Under the pieces are notes generated by a model that saw only the letters and a program-made list of their open reading frames with translations, had not been told where the DNA came from and did no database searches. Position numbers and translations under genes: made by a program. A DNA stretch of 64,000 bases from the human T2T-CHM13v2.0 reference genome, Homo sapiens, in assembly GCF_009914755.1 (NCBI RefSeq), contig NC_060944.1; one strand, written 5' to 3'. This document shows, piece by piece, positions 62,257 to 64,000 of this stretch (within the stretch, counting starts at the first letter, position 1; each line of letters opens with the position of its first letter).

Positions 62257-62813
62257 TTAAAATGTTTTCATTAACTCAACCGTTCTGAGGTTTGATAGAA
62301 GAAGAAAAAAAGAGTCCCTCTTGCCATTTGGAAACTCAGCCACTTTGTTCTTTCTGGTTTATTTTGTGACCTCCCTTTCCGACAGCAATTAGTCTCAGTC
62401 TCTGTTGTCAACGCTGGGAAAACTACATGGAAGAAAGGAATTAAGGAAAGGCAATACATCAGAAAGTGTTTTAAAATAGTATCCACTCACCCACATGAAG
62501 CTGTGTCTGGCATATCAAAAGTAAAGTATTCAATATATTTAAGCAATTACCTGTATTTTATTCACTCTAAGAATTGAAATTTGTCCACTAAAGTTGAAGG
62601 GTTTCCTCACACAGAGATTTCTCTTAGGAAAAATTAAATGAAACACTAATAATGAAATTCAGCAATGTAGATAAGCCAATTTGCATTTCCAAATTGTAAT
62701 TCCATTTGAAAAATATTAACTACAGGTTTCTCCCAGGATTACACCGCTAAGCATCATGTGTCTCCATTGCTCCTTTGCTTCCTTGTCACAGTCTTTTTAA
62801 AATAATAACACTT

Positions 62814-63113
62814 GGCCGGGCGCGGTGGCTCATGCCTGTAATCCCAGTACTTTGGGAGGCCGGGGTGGGCAGATCACTTGAGGCCAGGAGTTCAAGAATC
62901 AGCCTGGCCAAAATAGTGAAACCCGCCTCCTAAAAATACAAAAATTAGTCAGGTGTGGTGGTGCGCACCTGTAACCCCAGCCACTCAGAAGGCTAAGACA
63001 GAGAATCGCTTGAACCCGGGAGGCAGAGGTTGCAGTGAGCGGAGATTGCGCCACTGCACTCCAGCCTGGATGATAGAGCAAAAATCCATCTCAAAAAAAA
63101 TAAATAAATAAAA
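62814..63113 (+). mobile_element. AluS
   Basis: TSD AAATAAWACACT. Confidence 0.95.
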
Positions 63114-63594
63114 CACTAAATATAGGTTTTTCTTTTTTCATTTTCAACCAAACAGCTTTAAGAAGCCCTAAATTAGGAGTCATGTGTCCTGACCTATCAC
63201 TGAATCACCCTGAGAGCAAGTTACTTAAACTCCCTCTGCTTCAACTTCTTTATCTTTGGGGTACTAATATTTATCCAATATGTTTCAAAAGAGAATGTAT
63301 ATGAATGGTCTTTGAAAAAAATGTAAATTGCTTCAAAATGACAGACAAAATTATTCTTTGAACTTGAAAGCACCAAATAGATGGCAAAGCTTCTGGAGTC
63401 CGCTTGTGTTTCCTTGGGCTATTTTTCCAGTCTCTTTCCATGCTCTAAGTTGTTTCTTTCATAGAATTAGAGAAATAGGATTCTAGGTACATCTATTTTT
63501 TTTTCTTTTGTATTGTTTTAGTGATAAATACTTTAAAACCCTTCATGGTTTCCATGTTAGAAAAGATAGGCTTCAAATTAGTGTCTTTAGAACT

Positions 63595-64000
63595 CCATTC
63601 ATTCAACAAGTATTTATCAAGGACCCACTCTGTGACAGATAGTGGGTTTTATACTTGGGACTGTGCTGTGCTCAAACTCTCACCTTCCTGGAGTTTACAC
63701 AGGCAGGCACTAAACTCAAAATTATATATGCGATGATGTGCTTATACGCTGCAATAAGTCTTATAAGGACACTGCAAAAGGTTCATGCAAGATGATAACA
63801 AAAGAATGTAGTCAAGTCCTATGGGTAAGAAAAGACTTATTTGAGAAAGCACCATCTGAACTGAGACTTCAAGGATGAAAAGGTGCTGGCCAAACAAAGA
63901 GTGGGAAGAAGAGCATGCTAAGCAGAGGGAGCAGCACGTGCAAAGACCCTGAGGCCAGTGTTCTTGGTATATATCAAGTGGCAGAGGGACCCAGATGAAG
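63595..64000 (-). mobile_element. L2 fragment
   Basis: cattcattcaacaagtatttat...gaactgagact...gtgcaaagaccctgagg. Confidence 0.75.

Overview
Primate (human-like) non-coding DNA, intronic or gene-desert in character. I could not identify an intact host protein-coding exon, RNA gene or CRISPR array, nor place the locus. Content: about 36 Alu elements (J, S, Y and monomers); a full-length but dead 6.0 kb L1PA2/L1PA3-type LINE-1 (- strand, 18-bp TSD, ORF1 and ORF2 disrupted, ORF0 nearly intact); a processed PPIA pseudogene interrupted by an AluY; solo LTRs (2x THE1, MSTB, 2x ERV1 MER4-group, LTR16, MLT1); hAT MITEs (MER20, MER58, MER5); MIR/L2 relics; microsatellites; and repeat-free blocks rich in homeodomain motifs. 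I see no clear new biological system. The most unusual structure is a set of locally templated insertion scars of different ages: a 124-bp inverted duplication fused to a 47-bp direct copy (20.4-21.6 kb), an iterative snap-back insertion in an AluY (12.96 kb), and an old ~138-bp junction copy inside a MER5 (33.1 kb). Repeat subfamily names come from recalled consensus sequences, and repeat ends without a TSD are approximate.
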